From Nageia nagi (Eukaryota; Plantae; Pinophyta): a DNA stretch of 64,000 bases. This document shows, piece by piece, positions 15,054 to 27,427 of this stretch (positions are counted from its first letter, which is position 1; every line of letters begins with the position of its first letter). The stretch spans positions 80,476,001-80,540,000 of the forward strand of contig JBITNC010000001.1 of the NCBI GenBank assembly GCA_050084985.1, written 5' to 3'. Below the pieces are notes generated by a model that saw nothing but the letters and a program-made list of their open reading frames with translations, searched no databases and had not been told where the DNA came from. Position numbers and translations under genes: made by a program.

Positions 15054-17137
15054 TGTAGCAAGTATTAAATATAGTATTACACCATAGGTAAAATGTTTAA
15101 GTTTGTTACTATTTATCTTTTTATGGTTATAGAATTCTTGTGACTATTTATTAGTTCACTAGACTTATCAAGTTATATATTATTATGAGAATACAATTAA
15201 TATAGTCTAGTATCATAAAATCTCACATAGTATCAAAACAAGTTGAAGATCAAGAAATGGGCTGATGAAATTATCCACCCGCTTAGTAATATGGAAATCA
15301 TTTTTTTTTTGTTTTGTAATAATCAATTTTCATCAACACCAACATCAAATAACATATGAGGTTTACAACACTTTAATGAATAATGTAAATATGACTGTAG
15401 CAAGTAATGAATCTGATCCTAATCCTAACGATAGCATAAGAATAGAAAACTCATTCTACTTTACAGTTCTACACCATAATGTTGATAGGCTTGACGATGT
15501 TGATGTGTTTATCGAATACAAAGAACAATTGAACATAGACAATTGCTTCAAGCTCTATGTTAAGGTCATACATACTTAAAACCAAATCCATGTCAAGATC
15601 GTCCCTACTACAAACTCAAACTTGCACATCATTATCCTTGGTCTCAAGTATGACATTATCACAACGTGAGGTAGTGATTATGTTGATTTTGTCCTAAAGG
15701 ATGTTAGTAACAATGATTTAAAGGTGATGATCCTATTTATTATTGAGTTTAGAATTAATCAAAGAGGCACAAGCTTGAAATATAATAGATATACCAACTA
15801 TTTTTTAGTCAATAGCGTTAGCTTTCCTTTCTTGTACATGTTGCATTAACAAGCATATTCACTAGGTTGGACAAAGGTGTTCTCAATGCATGCACAAAGG
15901 GTGGTTGTTATACCCTTGCCAAGGTTATCATGGGGAACAAGCTCCACATTACAATTATAGATGACTGCCACGATGTATTAAAGATGCCATTAGTCATGAT
16001 ATTTCCCTCAATCATAAGATGAATAATGAGAGTGATTGGGTGGTTGTGCATAGAGAGAGCATCTTTAAGCCCTAAGTTATCTATCATTCCATTTGCTAAG
16101 GTATTTTAGGTATCCACCAAGATAACTTTGCTCAAATTCGTTATGTTGAGGTTGGTAAGAAAGCTTATGACATAATGGGTATTTGAAGTAGATCTCAAAT
16201 TACAAGCGACATTAAAGGTTATTGATGATTTCATAGTGGAGATAGTTTGGTCTAGATTCCTAAAGAAATATTATTGGAGTGTATAATCAGTGGAATCTTA
16301 TAGTCCTAAAATTTTAAAAGAATAATTTATATTGGGGGAGGTTGATATATCCTCTCCTTATATATTGAGCATTAGATTCAGAAGATACTTCAAGTTGTCA
16401 TAGGAGATTAGAGAAATGAAGAACTACATTCGACAAAATAAATCTCATAAGTAGTGATTTCCTCTATTACACTTGGCACTCGTAGTGATTGGTCATCCAT
16501 GTAGTCTAATAGGATGAAAAGATTACCATAAGGATGCTCATAATCAATAAGCCAAAAGGTGAATAGATGTGTTTGTCCCCATTTACTAGATGAAACGATT
16601 GGATGTATTTATCACCAATCACAATTGTTAAAGATGATTAGCATGCATGTCCAATCATAGATCATGATTATGATTGGATGTGTATCCCCAACTATAATGA
16701 TTGTGAAGAGGTGTGTGTGTGTGTGTGTCCTTGCTCACAACTATAGTGTTTGGATAACATGGATATCCCTATCCAATTGAAGTAGATAATCTTGAATGGT
16801 TGAGTGTGTCCTTGTCCATAATCAAATGAAGAAGCATAGTGAGACAAATTCCATTATTGTTCATAAATCTCTATTCATACTATTTATTGATGAACTATTG
16901 ATTATGTTCATCAAGTAGTTATTAGGACATTATTCTTATTTAGAGATTGATGTAATAAATGAGGTGCCAGTGATAGTATTACATCATAGGTAAAATGTTT
17001 AAGTTTATTATGATTTGTCTTCTGTGGTCATAGACCTCCCATGGATATTTGTTACGTCACAAGACTTACGATGTTATGTATGTATAAATATGCTTGTGAT
17101 AATACAATTGATATAGAACAAATCTTAAAATCTCACA
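15054..17137 (+). mobile_element. Small (2.1 kb) TRIM-like non-autonomous LTR element with about 180-bp LTRs
   Basis: Direct repeats 15054-15227 and 16951-17137 (TGTA...TCTCACA, shared CATAGGTAAAATGTTTAAGTTT); TSD TATAA/TAAAA; eroded PBS TAGTATCAAAAC at 15228; interrupts the LINE RT. Confidence 0.8.
16711..16728. repeat. (GT)9 microsatellite
   Basis: Read directly from the sequence. Confidence 0.95.
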
Positions 17138-18394
17138 TAAAAGGACATATCATAATAGTTCTATAATTTGATAGGTTGTTTGTCTCCAATTTTGTATATA
17201 GAAATGATTAAACTTATACTCCATTGCTTAGAGAACCCATCCTTAAGAGATGCATTGAAAAGAGTTTGGATGTGAGGAGCAAGAATTTTTGCTTGATATC
17301 CTTCTATATATTTGGAATTCCCTTTTGATAACCTTGTCATCCCATCCTTAATATCCTTCATAGAAAAATATTATTTTTGGTAAAAGGAAAGGCTATAACT
17401 TGGGAAGTGACATCCATATTTAGAGGGCATATATAAAATTATTTGAGATAATAGTTCCTACTAGTTAAGTTAATTTGAGGTTCAATTGTCACTTTTCTAG
17501 GTGAAATTATTTTTCAAAACTATTTTGAATTATGTTTACATAAATCTAAAAATAATTCTTGATTTAAAAATATTTATTTATTATTTTTAACCAAGATTTT
17601 GTATTCTTTTATTTTATAGTGCTTATATGTATTATTTTGAGCAATCTTAATATTTTTTCTAACAACTTTACATTCCATGTCAAACCATCTATTTACTTTT
17701 CAATGGTATGGATGATAGACTTTTGATAAGAACATTTGTTGATGCAAGTAGATAATTTTAAGGTGAACTTATTATATAAATTTGTTATTGAGGATAGAAT
17801 AAAATCAATCAAAAATCACCATAAAAGAATAAAATTTAAAAGAGTTACCAGCATTTTGTTAAAACATTTTTGGCCCCACAAAGTTGATTCTTTGCACTAA
17901 GGAATAGATCTACTTCAAGAAAACTGGATCTATACATAGACAAGTCTTTTAGCATCCCTTTAAACCCAACGGTTTGTAGAATCTATCAAAAGTTGTTTAG
18001 AAACAAAAAATCTATCAATTAAGTATTTGAATGACTGTTTATCACATAATTAAGTTATAGCTAATTTATCACTTAACCTTTACATTTTCTCTACAAAAAA
18101 AATATATACCAAAACTCCAAATCTACTATTCCATCCATACTTGCCAAAATCAATGGTCTATACCACTTGCTATGAAACAAACAAAAAAAAAAATAGAAAT
18201 TCAAATAATATTCTTTAAATAATTTGAACGATCCAAGTATTTTAAACACTAATTTAAAAAACAAAGTTCACATTGAATATTAGAAACCCTTACAAGTAGG
18301 AAAATACTAAGATATTCCTTTAAAGAATCACTCAATAATAACTACTTCAAGATGACAACCTCAAGTTCTTCAAATGCAATCCTTGAAGTTAATA

Positions 18395-18800
18395 TTACAT
18401 GAATACCATCATTATTGATTATCTAGTGCTTACATAATTAAGTATCAATCTTATTTACCTTTTTACCTTGTATAAAAATACCATGCACCATTAACCCAAT
18501 ACTACAAGTTTTTTTCAAATTTAACCCACTAACTACTTGAGTTATATGCCATTTGTCGAGCTATTATTACATGAACACCATCATCATAGATTCTTTGATG
18601 CTTATATGATTAGATAGGTATCAATCCTTTTTTCCTTACATAAAAATAGCACACAGCATCAACTCAATACTACAAGTAATATAGCCTTTTTCTATCTTTA
18701 ATCCACCTAACTACTTGAGTTATAAACTATATGTAACTCCATATACAACATATATCATGACTCTTTGTATACAATATATTATTTTCATTTGAATTACTGT
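18395..18800. repeat. Two diverged tandem copies of an approximately 170-bp AT-rich repeat; related copy at about 10770-11070
   Basis: Shared ATTACATGAAYACCATCAT, CAATACTACAAGT and TTTAAYCCAC(C)TAACTACTTGAGTTATA blocks. Confidence 0.65.
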
Positions 18801-19628
18801 TATTACCGTTTGTTAGCGGAGTTGGGAGACAAGCTGGTGTGAAGGCACTTGCATTGAAAGTTTAATGTTCAATTCTCACCTCCTGCATTGGTGATACTTA
18901 AAAACTGATGATAGATTCTACAAATCAATAGGTTTAAAAGATTATTAATGTTGATTTTACCTTCTTTTTATTATATTCCCATAATCTTTATCTACCCTCC
19001 TATAGTATCATGAAAATATTATAACTTATTTAGGAAAGAATTTTACAATACCATTCCTTATGGATGAAATCAACTTTATTATTGCCATTTAAGTGATATC
19101 AGGATTACTAAGTTTCAAAACTTTCCCTTTTTTAAATTGCTGAGTTGAGCAGATGATACTTTAAATAGTTAGGAGTTACTAACAAAAAGCAACAGCATAA
19201 GTATAATTATATGGGAGCTCTAACAGCATAACAAATATATTTAAAATTACTGGAATGGAAACTTCAAATTAATAAGCTTCAGTCATTGCATATAGTTAAC
19301 TTCCAATAAATAATGAATGATATTATCAGAATGAAAAATCAAATCTTCCCCTTGTCAATGAAAATTTTGCAACCTCTTCTAATCACGTGGGAATAGTAAC
19401 AAATTGGAAAATAGGTAAATATAGTGAAACTTTTTCATCATAATCTGCCATTGGGCACTATCTAACTTGTAGCAATTGCCTACATAAGCTCAGGTAAAGT
19501 TGTAGGCAGTATACGATTTTTAAAGCATACATCTCCAGAAATGTAGACTTCAGTAACCACTCCAAACTTTTTAGATGGACATCTAGAGTGCACTCTCACA
19601 AGTTTTTACAAGATCAATACACTTTAGC

Positions 19629-19700
19629 TTACTTCTCATTTACCAATGGTGTGTATTGTGGAAACCACATATTTTCCTTCACATATTGCACTCTTTCCTC
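19629..19700 (-). CDS. NAD-ME2: NAD-malic enzyme last coding exon
   Basis: CAG|EERVQYVKENMWFPQYTPLVNEK-TAA; the C-terminus resembles beta-type NMWFPxYxPLVxEK. Confidence 0.96.
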   Translation of the reverse strand, partial: EERVQYVKENMWFPQYTPLVNEK

Positions 19701-19807
19701 CTGGACAAGGAAGAAAAGGTGATTCATGTTAAGACATGCAAGTCCTAGAATGTTAAAAGGTTAAATAACTAGGATGAGAGGATTAGTAATTTAGATGACT
19801 GGCTTAC

Positions 19808-19922
19808 CATGGACATCTCTCGGAGCTCTTTTCGAGTTGTTTCTCCATACCCATCTGCAAGATTTTCTGCAACAGCAGCCCCTATAACTGCTGCTCCAAC
19901 TTCCATTGTAATATGTCGTATC
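19808..19922 (-). CDS. NAD-ME2: NAD-malic enzyme penultimate coding exon
   Basis: TAG|(R)IRHITMEVGAAVIGAAVAENLADGYGETTRKELREMSM|GTAAG, 115 bp. Confidence 0.96.
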
Positions 19923-20885
19923 CTACAAAATAAAGTCTCACAAAATTATTCTTGTAATATTATGTCAAACTTCAAATCCCACCAAAGAGGATAAGAGTTT
20001 CAAAATCACAGTTCACATTACTGTGACCTTAGTAAGATACTTGAGGTAACATGCTAATATCAATGCAATGATTGCATGCACTGTAATATTGTAGCTTTTT
20101 GTATAAACAGCATTTAGAAATATATTTTCAATTTGTATTCCTATGGCTTTAAACAGTTCAGGTTATAGACAAGTTTTCATGTCATCCATTCACAAAAATC
20201 AATGCAATAGTTAAAGCAACTAACTTCTGTTTGAAGGTGACTAGACTTAGGTTTCATTGATTTATCTAGCCCCCTTTACAAGATGGTCCTAGGTCTTAAG
20301 TTATTTGAGATGAAGTCCCAATCATTTACAAACCAATGAATGACAAATAAATAACAACTACACATATTAGATATAAAAAATGCATAACTGTATAAAGAGA
20401 GAAGTCACATAGGATGATGTGATCAGACTGAAGCCCAGTAGCTTGCTATCCTAGATGATGTCCACAGGTCAATCCCTTCAATTAGATGCATTGATAAACA
20501 CAGCTAGAGGTCCACGCTTTACCAGCATATCCTATGCATAGAAGATCAATGATGATGATTTCATTTTGAATCATTGATTCCGTTTATTGGAGGCTTTGGG
20601 CTCAGAGAAGAATAAAATTCTAATTTGAGAAGGGCCACATATCTCCTCATTCCTAAGCAAGCAATAATGATTATTCTGAGCAACATGGTCTGACTACAAA
20701 CTTAAGCAGCCAAGACATACAAAACTTTGAAGCCCTTGCCACAAAATTATTTTCTAAAGCCTTCAAATATCACACTGCATCTCACCTTCCAAAGCTAATA
20801 AACGGTCATAACCAAAGAACATACCAAAAAAAACTATGCAAATCACTAATTAATAAATTTAAAAACTAGTGAAGTATACTAAGAT

Positions 20886-21587
20886 CTAAGTTAGGAAAAT
20901 CGGAATCCTCAAAAATCACCAAAAATAGGAATTGGGTAGGTAAAGGATTCGAATCGGATCGGATCCAATTTTTTAGCAAACAGATTTTTTGGGATTTTTT
21001 CCGATTCAGATTCCAATTTTTTCGTCCAGTAAATTGTGATCGGCATAAAATTGGCTGAGGATTTTTGAGGCTTTTTTGGGATTTTTTGAGGATTTTTTGG
21101 GATTTGAATCAATGACATCTCTAGCTCCAGGTAACAAAATACATGTTCAATTTTTTTAAAGTGAATTACCCATTTAGTAACATCTTAAAAAATGCGTATC
21201 TTATTTTTGGCAACATTTAATGTTTTTGTTCCTTGACACTTGTACAAATCATTTGATTATGAGACCTTTCATGTTTTCTTAATGTCTTTTGGTCCTCGAC
21301 ACTTGGACATTCAATATGTAATACAAAACTCTACAATTTCTTTGATATGCAATGTTGGATATTATACTTTGTTATTCTATATGGAATGTTGTCTATTTGA
21401 TATGAAATGTTGAAATATAGCTAAAACTGATTTGTTTCAATGTCAAATAGGAGAAATTCCTTTATTTTTTCTCTGTCAATTTTTTGCAAATTTTTGCTGT
21501 TTTTTGGCAGATTTTTTTCGATTTTTCAATAAAATCCGAATCTTGCAACCAAACAATTCCGATCTGATTTCGATTTTTCTAACTATG
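20886..21587. mobile_element. hAT-type MITE, 702 bp
   Basis: TIRs CTAAGTTAGGAAAATCG / CGATTTTTCTAACTATG; perfect 8-bp TSD ACTAAGAT; subterminal ATCGG/CCGAT motifs. Confidence 0.92.
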
Positions 21588-21674
21588 ACTAAGATAATTA
21601 CAGAACTCGACGACACTAAAAATAAGACTTTTCAATCCATCTTTAGAGGCTAAAACACTAAATTGGATAAGCAC

Positions 21675-22204
21675 CAAGGGTCCACCGGAGCACGCTCTAG
21701 AATTTCCCAAACGCGCTCTCGGCGATCCGAAGCGCCGAAGCGGCCCTGGAGCAGTTGAGAAGCTCTAGGAGCGACTAAAAAAAATTGCACATGATTTTTT
21801 TTAAAAAAAGGTCAAAACTTAAAATGAAAAACATAGTTTAATACTTGATAGTTATGGTTTTGCTATTTTGGGCCTTTGACATTTTGCTACTACAACATTA
21901 TGACTCATGTTGATATTATGACATTATGTACTACACTGATTCAGACTTGTTTGTGATTTAATGACATTATGGCTTGTTTTGATTTCTCATTTTTGCCTTT
22001 CAGATTCATACTTGATTAATATTATGATTTTATCATTATGTTTTGTAATTTAAATTCATATTTGATAGTAAAAATGAATTAGAAACAATGAACATGAAAA
22101 AATCTAAAAATCCTAGGGATTTTCTACTAGCTGCTCCGCCTGCCGAATCGGAGCTGCTCCCTAAAAATGACTCTCCGCCGCTCCCAACTCACCGTGAAAC
22201 CTTG
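21675..22204. mobile_element. hAT-type MITE, 530 bp
   Basis: TIRs CAAGGGTCCAC / GTGAAACCTTG; 8-bp TSD ATAAGCAC/ATAAGCAT; GC-rich subterminal CGGAGC/GCTCCG motifs. Confidence 0.88.
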
Positions 22205-22379
22205 ATAAGCATAGTGAAGTAATTAGAATTGGCAGAGGCTAATATTGACTAAAGCTCACATAATGTTTATGCCAACACCTATGACGGGTAGGATGAACTT
22301 ATCCTTTATCACATTTAACTTCTAGAATGCTGTCACTACCCAATTATCAGGACACTTGTTTATTTACTCACTCCAATCA

Positions 22380-24309
22380 TTTTTGGAGAAGTAATCAAGT
22401 GCATTTGCATCCCTTTCATATATCATCATGTTAGCTCGAGAATTACGAAGTTGTCTACAAAATAAGCATTTAGAAACTGTTAAATCAGAAAAAAGAGTTA
22501 CACTTGGGGGCTATCAATGTCAGTCATTTCCATAAAATAGCTGATGTCAATCAATTGCTATGGCAGAAACAAATGGTGCTGAAGGGCACCCTTTTCTGAT
22601 GGTTCTTTGTAAATGGATCAAATTCAAAAGTGAACCAAACCCTACAAAACACTGCCACTGAGAGTTTCAGTACAGCCATATGAAAGAAAGTTGTAAAGCC
22701 TAGGCAGCCTAGCTTGTATAAAATAAAGTCCCATGCAACTCTTTCCTAAGCTTTATTAACATCAGGTTTTAGGAAAAAAGCATTTGACTGAATTCAAAAG
22801 CCAATGTAATTCATCCCAAGCTTTGATTAGGTTATCATGAATGAATTTTCCTTTTAAGAAACAAGTCGATTCTTTCTGGCAATCTAACAAGCATCCTAAT
22901 TTTTCTAACAGATGTTGAGCTAGTATCACGTTAGATATATATTTAGAAATGTAGCAGAATGACAACTCCCAAACATCTAACATTCAGATCCCCTCAGGAA
23001 TAAGACTAATAATTTCTGAAATGATTTATTTTCCCATGGCCTTCATTCCAATTGAATCTTGATAGTATTCAAGAAATATTTACTGATAGTAAGCCACTTT
23101 TCTTTTTAGATTCCACAAAGTAGTCATATTGCCCTGGTGAATTGCCAGCTTTCATTTTTTTATGTTAAAGCTGCTCTTCCAATTCAATATCACTAAAGAA
23201 AGTGTGTCCATAGCTTTCAACCTTTTTAGGTACTTACTTGAAAACTCCATACAGGCACTTCAAAAGGTTTTATTGCCAATTGAAATAAAACTACTTTGAA
23301 AATGCATATCAAAAATAAATTCACAAAGGTGATTGTATTCTTTTTTATCTCCAGCTTGTCCTTTCAATTTAATAACTGGAAATAAAATTTGAGTGTAGGA
23401 AATCCATAAAAAGTTGCTCTAAATCTAGCTCGTCTATCCTTAAAATTTTCAGATCATCTAAATTGGGCACTATTTCCCTAGAAGCTACCTTTTTTTCTCT
23501 ATTATCTAGTTCTTGCTTCTGAGCATGAAAATATTGAAACAATCTTATGATTCCCTTGCTTGCATTTTGAATCATATATCCTCAACCTCCAAAGATAATG
23601 TTGCAGGCTCCCCAAAAAGAACCCAACCTTTAAGTCCTCATTCGATTCTAGAAGGGAAAAATTCATCTTAAATAACTTATGAGGTATTTCTTAGAAATCC
23701 ATTCCAATAATCTGCTAAGCAAAGCAGGGATAATTTCCAAACAAACAATAAAAACATCCATAAAGGATGGTGGCTCGCCATTAGAAAAGAATGGTGCAAT
23801 AGGAAGTTATCATTGAATCCATCTAGCCTGACCTGAGTACGATGTGACCTTGTCTGACGATGTATCACATCTTAAATGCCAAAAATCTGCTTAAATTCAT
23901 TCCATTCTTTCAGTTTCCTTGAACAAAGAGTTGTACCACCATCTACCACATAATTCAACCCTAAATCATCTTAGCGATAGGAAAAGTTTGAGCAATCCAC
24001 TGCAAAAACTGGAAACTACCAACAACACAATCAGATGCACAAGCAAAATATAAACTCCAAAAGTTTCCCCTTGAAAGGGTGGTCATTCAGCAACAAGAAG
24101 CGATTGGATCCTTAGAGGCACCGAATACATGAGAAGAATGCCAACTAAAAATAGTAAACATAATGTCCTTTTTCCCTGCCTTGTGAGATATAATGATGAA
24201 ATCTCCATTCTGTTGATTCATCAAATTTCCTAACTTGATGTTTGTAGCTATCTTGAAGAAAAGCACAACAGCATGCAAGCTATTAATCGCTTCTTTGATA
24301 TTTACATGT
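22380..24309 (-). mobile_element. Degenerate L1-type LINE ORF2 (endonuclease + RT)
   Basis: HVFGAS (NVYGP-like), QVRLDGF (SRLDRF-like), ASHHP (SDHxP-like), STCFLKGKFIHDNLIKAWD, RKGCPSAP (RQGCPLAP-like). Confidence 0.8.
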
Positions 24310-25715
24310 TGTTGTGGCTTCCACAACACGCCTCAAATTTTTTAGCAAGTTTAGGGACCCTTACATTTTGGCGAGGAGTTGTTTAACAAGAGTGACCAAG
24401 ATGGTGGTGGTTTGATACCAAGAGGTGTTGGAGACCGGAATTGATGAAGGATGATCAGCATTGGACCTCTAGGGACAATGGATCAAATTATGGCTAAGGC
24501 ATGATTGAGCACATGTCCGAGAGGAGACAACACCCACATGCCTCTCAGACTTGCGCTAGGACTCCAGAGGATCTAGATGATCGTTCCAAGAAGCAACAAG
24601 CAACTTTGACAAAGTCCGAAGCATCCCTCTCCTTAGCGCAAGTCAAAAGGAAGACAAACTGCTTGTCTCATCTAGGATGTGCGCTCAACCCATACATGCT
24701 TTCCTGGCGCAAGTGTGGCCTAAGACACCTCTCATGACTCACTTTGGACTTGCGCCAACCTTGTGGGGGCTTCAGGAGATGATTTTGAGCGACCATGATG
24801 AAATTTGGCTAAGTCTAGAACAAATCTTCCTTGGGCGCATATCCAAACGAAGACATCCTTCATGACTCTTGGAGGACTTGCGCCGAACTTAAGAGCACAT
24901 TTCGAGCGCACCTCCAATGCAAGACACCAATTTTGTCCCCCTTTGGACTTGCGCTAGGCATTCTTGGCCATTATCCCGGTGCAAATAGACATCAAGACAC
25001 ATCTCATGACCCTTGGAGGACTTGCGCCAAGCTTGTATGTCCCTTTCCAATGCAAGTGAGCACCAAGACAGAGGTGGTGACCTCCCTCAGATTTGAGCCA
25101 GCATTCCAGGACTATCAAGGAGTATTTTGAGCAACTAAAGACGAAATCGGCTAAGTGAAGAGCATCCTCCCTTTGGGCACAAGTCGGGAAGAGGACAATC
25201 ACCATGACCCCTTCCACACCTACACTAGGTTCACATCCCTCATCCCTAGCGCAAATGCAACAAGCTTGTCTCCCCTCACACATCCGTTGGCCGTGTCTGC
25301 CCTCATCCTCGACGCAAATCCGGCCCAAGACACCCATCTTGTCTTCCTGGAAACCTGCGTTGCCCATGAAGCCACATCTTGAATGCATGCCATGACCAAG
25401 ACAAGCACTCTGATCATCTACACACCTGCATCAAGCTTCCAAGTCCAAGTTCAAGGACAGGGACCTCCTCAATAGCTGATTGGTGAAGGTTTCGATCCAA
25501 GTATTGCAAGGGTGAAAAGGGTCGATGGACTTGTTGGCACCAGTTGTTGGAAGACATGACATTTTGGATGCAATATTTTAATTTTCCTTTTTACGCATAA
25601 GTTAGTTATTTTGGACTACAAATTTTATATATTTTTGTTAAAGCCTTGTGACGGATGATGATTTGCCCCCACAAGTGCTAGACTCAATCTGGTGGTGCCA
25701 TGTGGCACATTTTTT
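24310..25715 (+). mobile_element. 3'-truncated hairpin-capped LTR-like element (same family as 49318)
   Basis: Starts TGTTGTGGCTTCCACAACACGCC, identical to the start at 49318; collinear with 49318-51000 including the 72-bp units; lacks the TATA region. Confidence 0.75.
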
Positions 25716-27364
25716 TATATTTAATAGTTTTTATATCTCAAATGGCAAATCACATTTCAAGACGAAATTCCTCTCTCAGGGATTGTAAGATTTTGAAGAA
25801 AGAACTTACCACACTTAATGCAAAATGCAAAAAGATGTTCCTTTTTACCTATTGGTGCTCAAGAAAATGCACTTTCATTTTCTTTTAACGGTGGACGATT
25901 TTCGTTGTGATTCTGCATGTAAATGATATACATTGAACTAGTAATATAAGAAGCATTATCAGGAGGGAAAAAATGGTTACTAGTAGCAAATCGCACATGA
26001 CTGTTGGGATGTCTATGCACATCGTTTGAATGATAATGTTTTATCCATGCACATTCACATTATGTTTTACTGGCATTGTACATATCATAATATGCCACAC
26101 GTTATGGAAATGACTATGCAATGAGTTAGTACTAAGGTTTGTCATGAGTACTTACAGTCAACAGTTCTAACTGTATGGGCAAAGTATTTATTCTGATGTG
26201 TTATTGCTAGTAAGAGTGACTATACATATTAGCATAATGATGATGTACCATAATGATGTCCAGATAATATAAGCAACTGGTCCGCATTACACTGTGTTTT
26301 TGTGTTGAATGTATCATATTTAGTTATGTTTATTACTACAACGGTGTTCATGTTGTGTTTCTGTTTAGTTGTTCTGTAAAAACCAAAAATGCCAGAGCGT
26401 CATGTTTATACAAGTTTTCCTTACACAAAGTACAATAATTTGATTAAGTGCAGTCGTGCTAATTAAATGTAATATTTGCATATTGTCAGCATATTGTTAG
26501 TAGGCAATAATTGTCACAAAGATGTTACTCATGTTTGTATTTCTAATTTGTTGTTTAACTAGCAAAAAAATGCTAAAATGGTTTACCATATGCATGTTTT
26601 CCTTGCATGAAGTACAATCACTTCAATGCATTCAGTCATGATAATTGCATTTCATATTTGCTTATTATCAGCATATCCTCAACATGAACATCTGCGAGGC
26701 AAAAACTGTGACAAACACCAAAGATAGTCTTAACTTGACCAAAAGGATACCATCAAATATTAGGAAAACTCACTCCCCTTGAGATATTACACAATGGAAG
26801 TAATTTTGGTTACCATCACTTCATGCATAATATGGACAAGACAAAATTAAATTCACAAATGAATGATAGTTACATTTAACACTTGGTATCTTTAGTATGA
26901 ACCTGTTGTAAGCAATAAAGCGTGTAGCTTTATTGTAGTATTCGCCTATGCCTGACTTCTGACCAAGCCAATCTACGGGTTAGACCTAGGCCTACCTTAA
27001 GATAATGTGGCTTCTAGGATTTCTAGAGGGTATATGAAGACAACTCTGTTTTCCATATCCACAATCAAGCAAGCAATATTGTTTTACTACTTGCTCTTCT
27101 AAGTGTTAACCTCTGGGGATTTCTACATTACAGTGCATCTCTATCTGTCGCTATTGGTAGCAGTGTTCTTTGGAAATTCTCTATGGTAACTATGCTAGAT
27201 ATGCATAGAGATCTTCTCTTTGATCTTGTGGCAAATTATGTTAAATTCCTACATGGTATCAAGGCTATGGTGATACTTTGCTCTTGTTATCCTAGAGAGT
27301 ATTACAAATTTACAGGTATAACTGAAAAGTATAAGCAAACATTTCATTTAGAAGAAAAATATAC

Positions 27365-27427
27365 CTTGAAATCGAAGGAAAAATCACTCCTTTTTGGATC
27401 TCTTCATCTGTCATGTACTCAGCAAGA
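27365..27427 (-). CDS. NAD-ME2: NAD-malic enzyme exon (isolated 63-bp exon)
   Basis: TGCAG|(C)LAEYMTDEEIQKGVIFPSIS+AG|GTAT, phase 2-2; exactly fills the protein gap between the exons at 56304 and 19922. Confidence 0.95.

Larger units (their letters stand above)
13150..17720 (-). mobile_element. Fragmented RTE-type LINE reverse transcriptase, split by later insertions
   Basis: Minus-strand motifs in expected order: ILAPHIQTLFN...WSISLIISIYK (17161-17361); EKKIS...RANGQA (about 14980-15040); GYPLSSTLLSIYIDQL (about 13975-14020); LLYVDDII (about 13885-13910); YKYLGI (about 13695). Boundaries approximate. Confidence 0.8.

Noticed and set aside
19809-19994. Plus-strand 61-aa ORF
   Set aside because: Antisense shadow of the NAD-ME exon 19808-19922.
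25880-26720. Helitron
   Set aside because: A diverged internal duplication (about 26385-26500 versus 26570-26680) is visible, but no convincing TC start, 3' hairpin or CTRR end was found.
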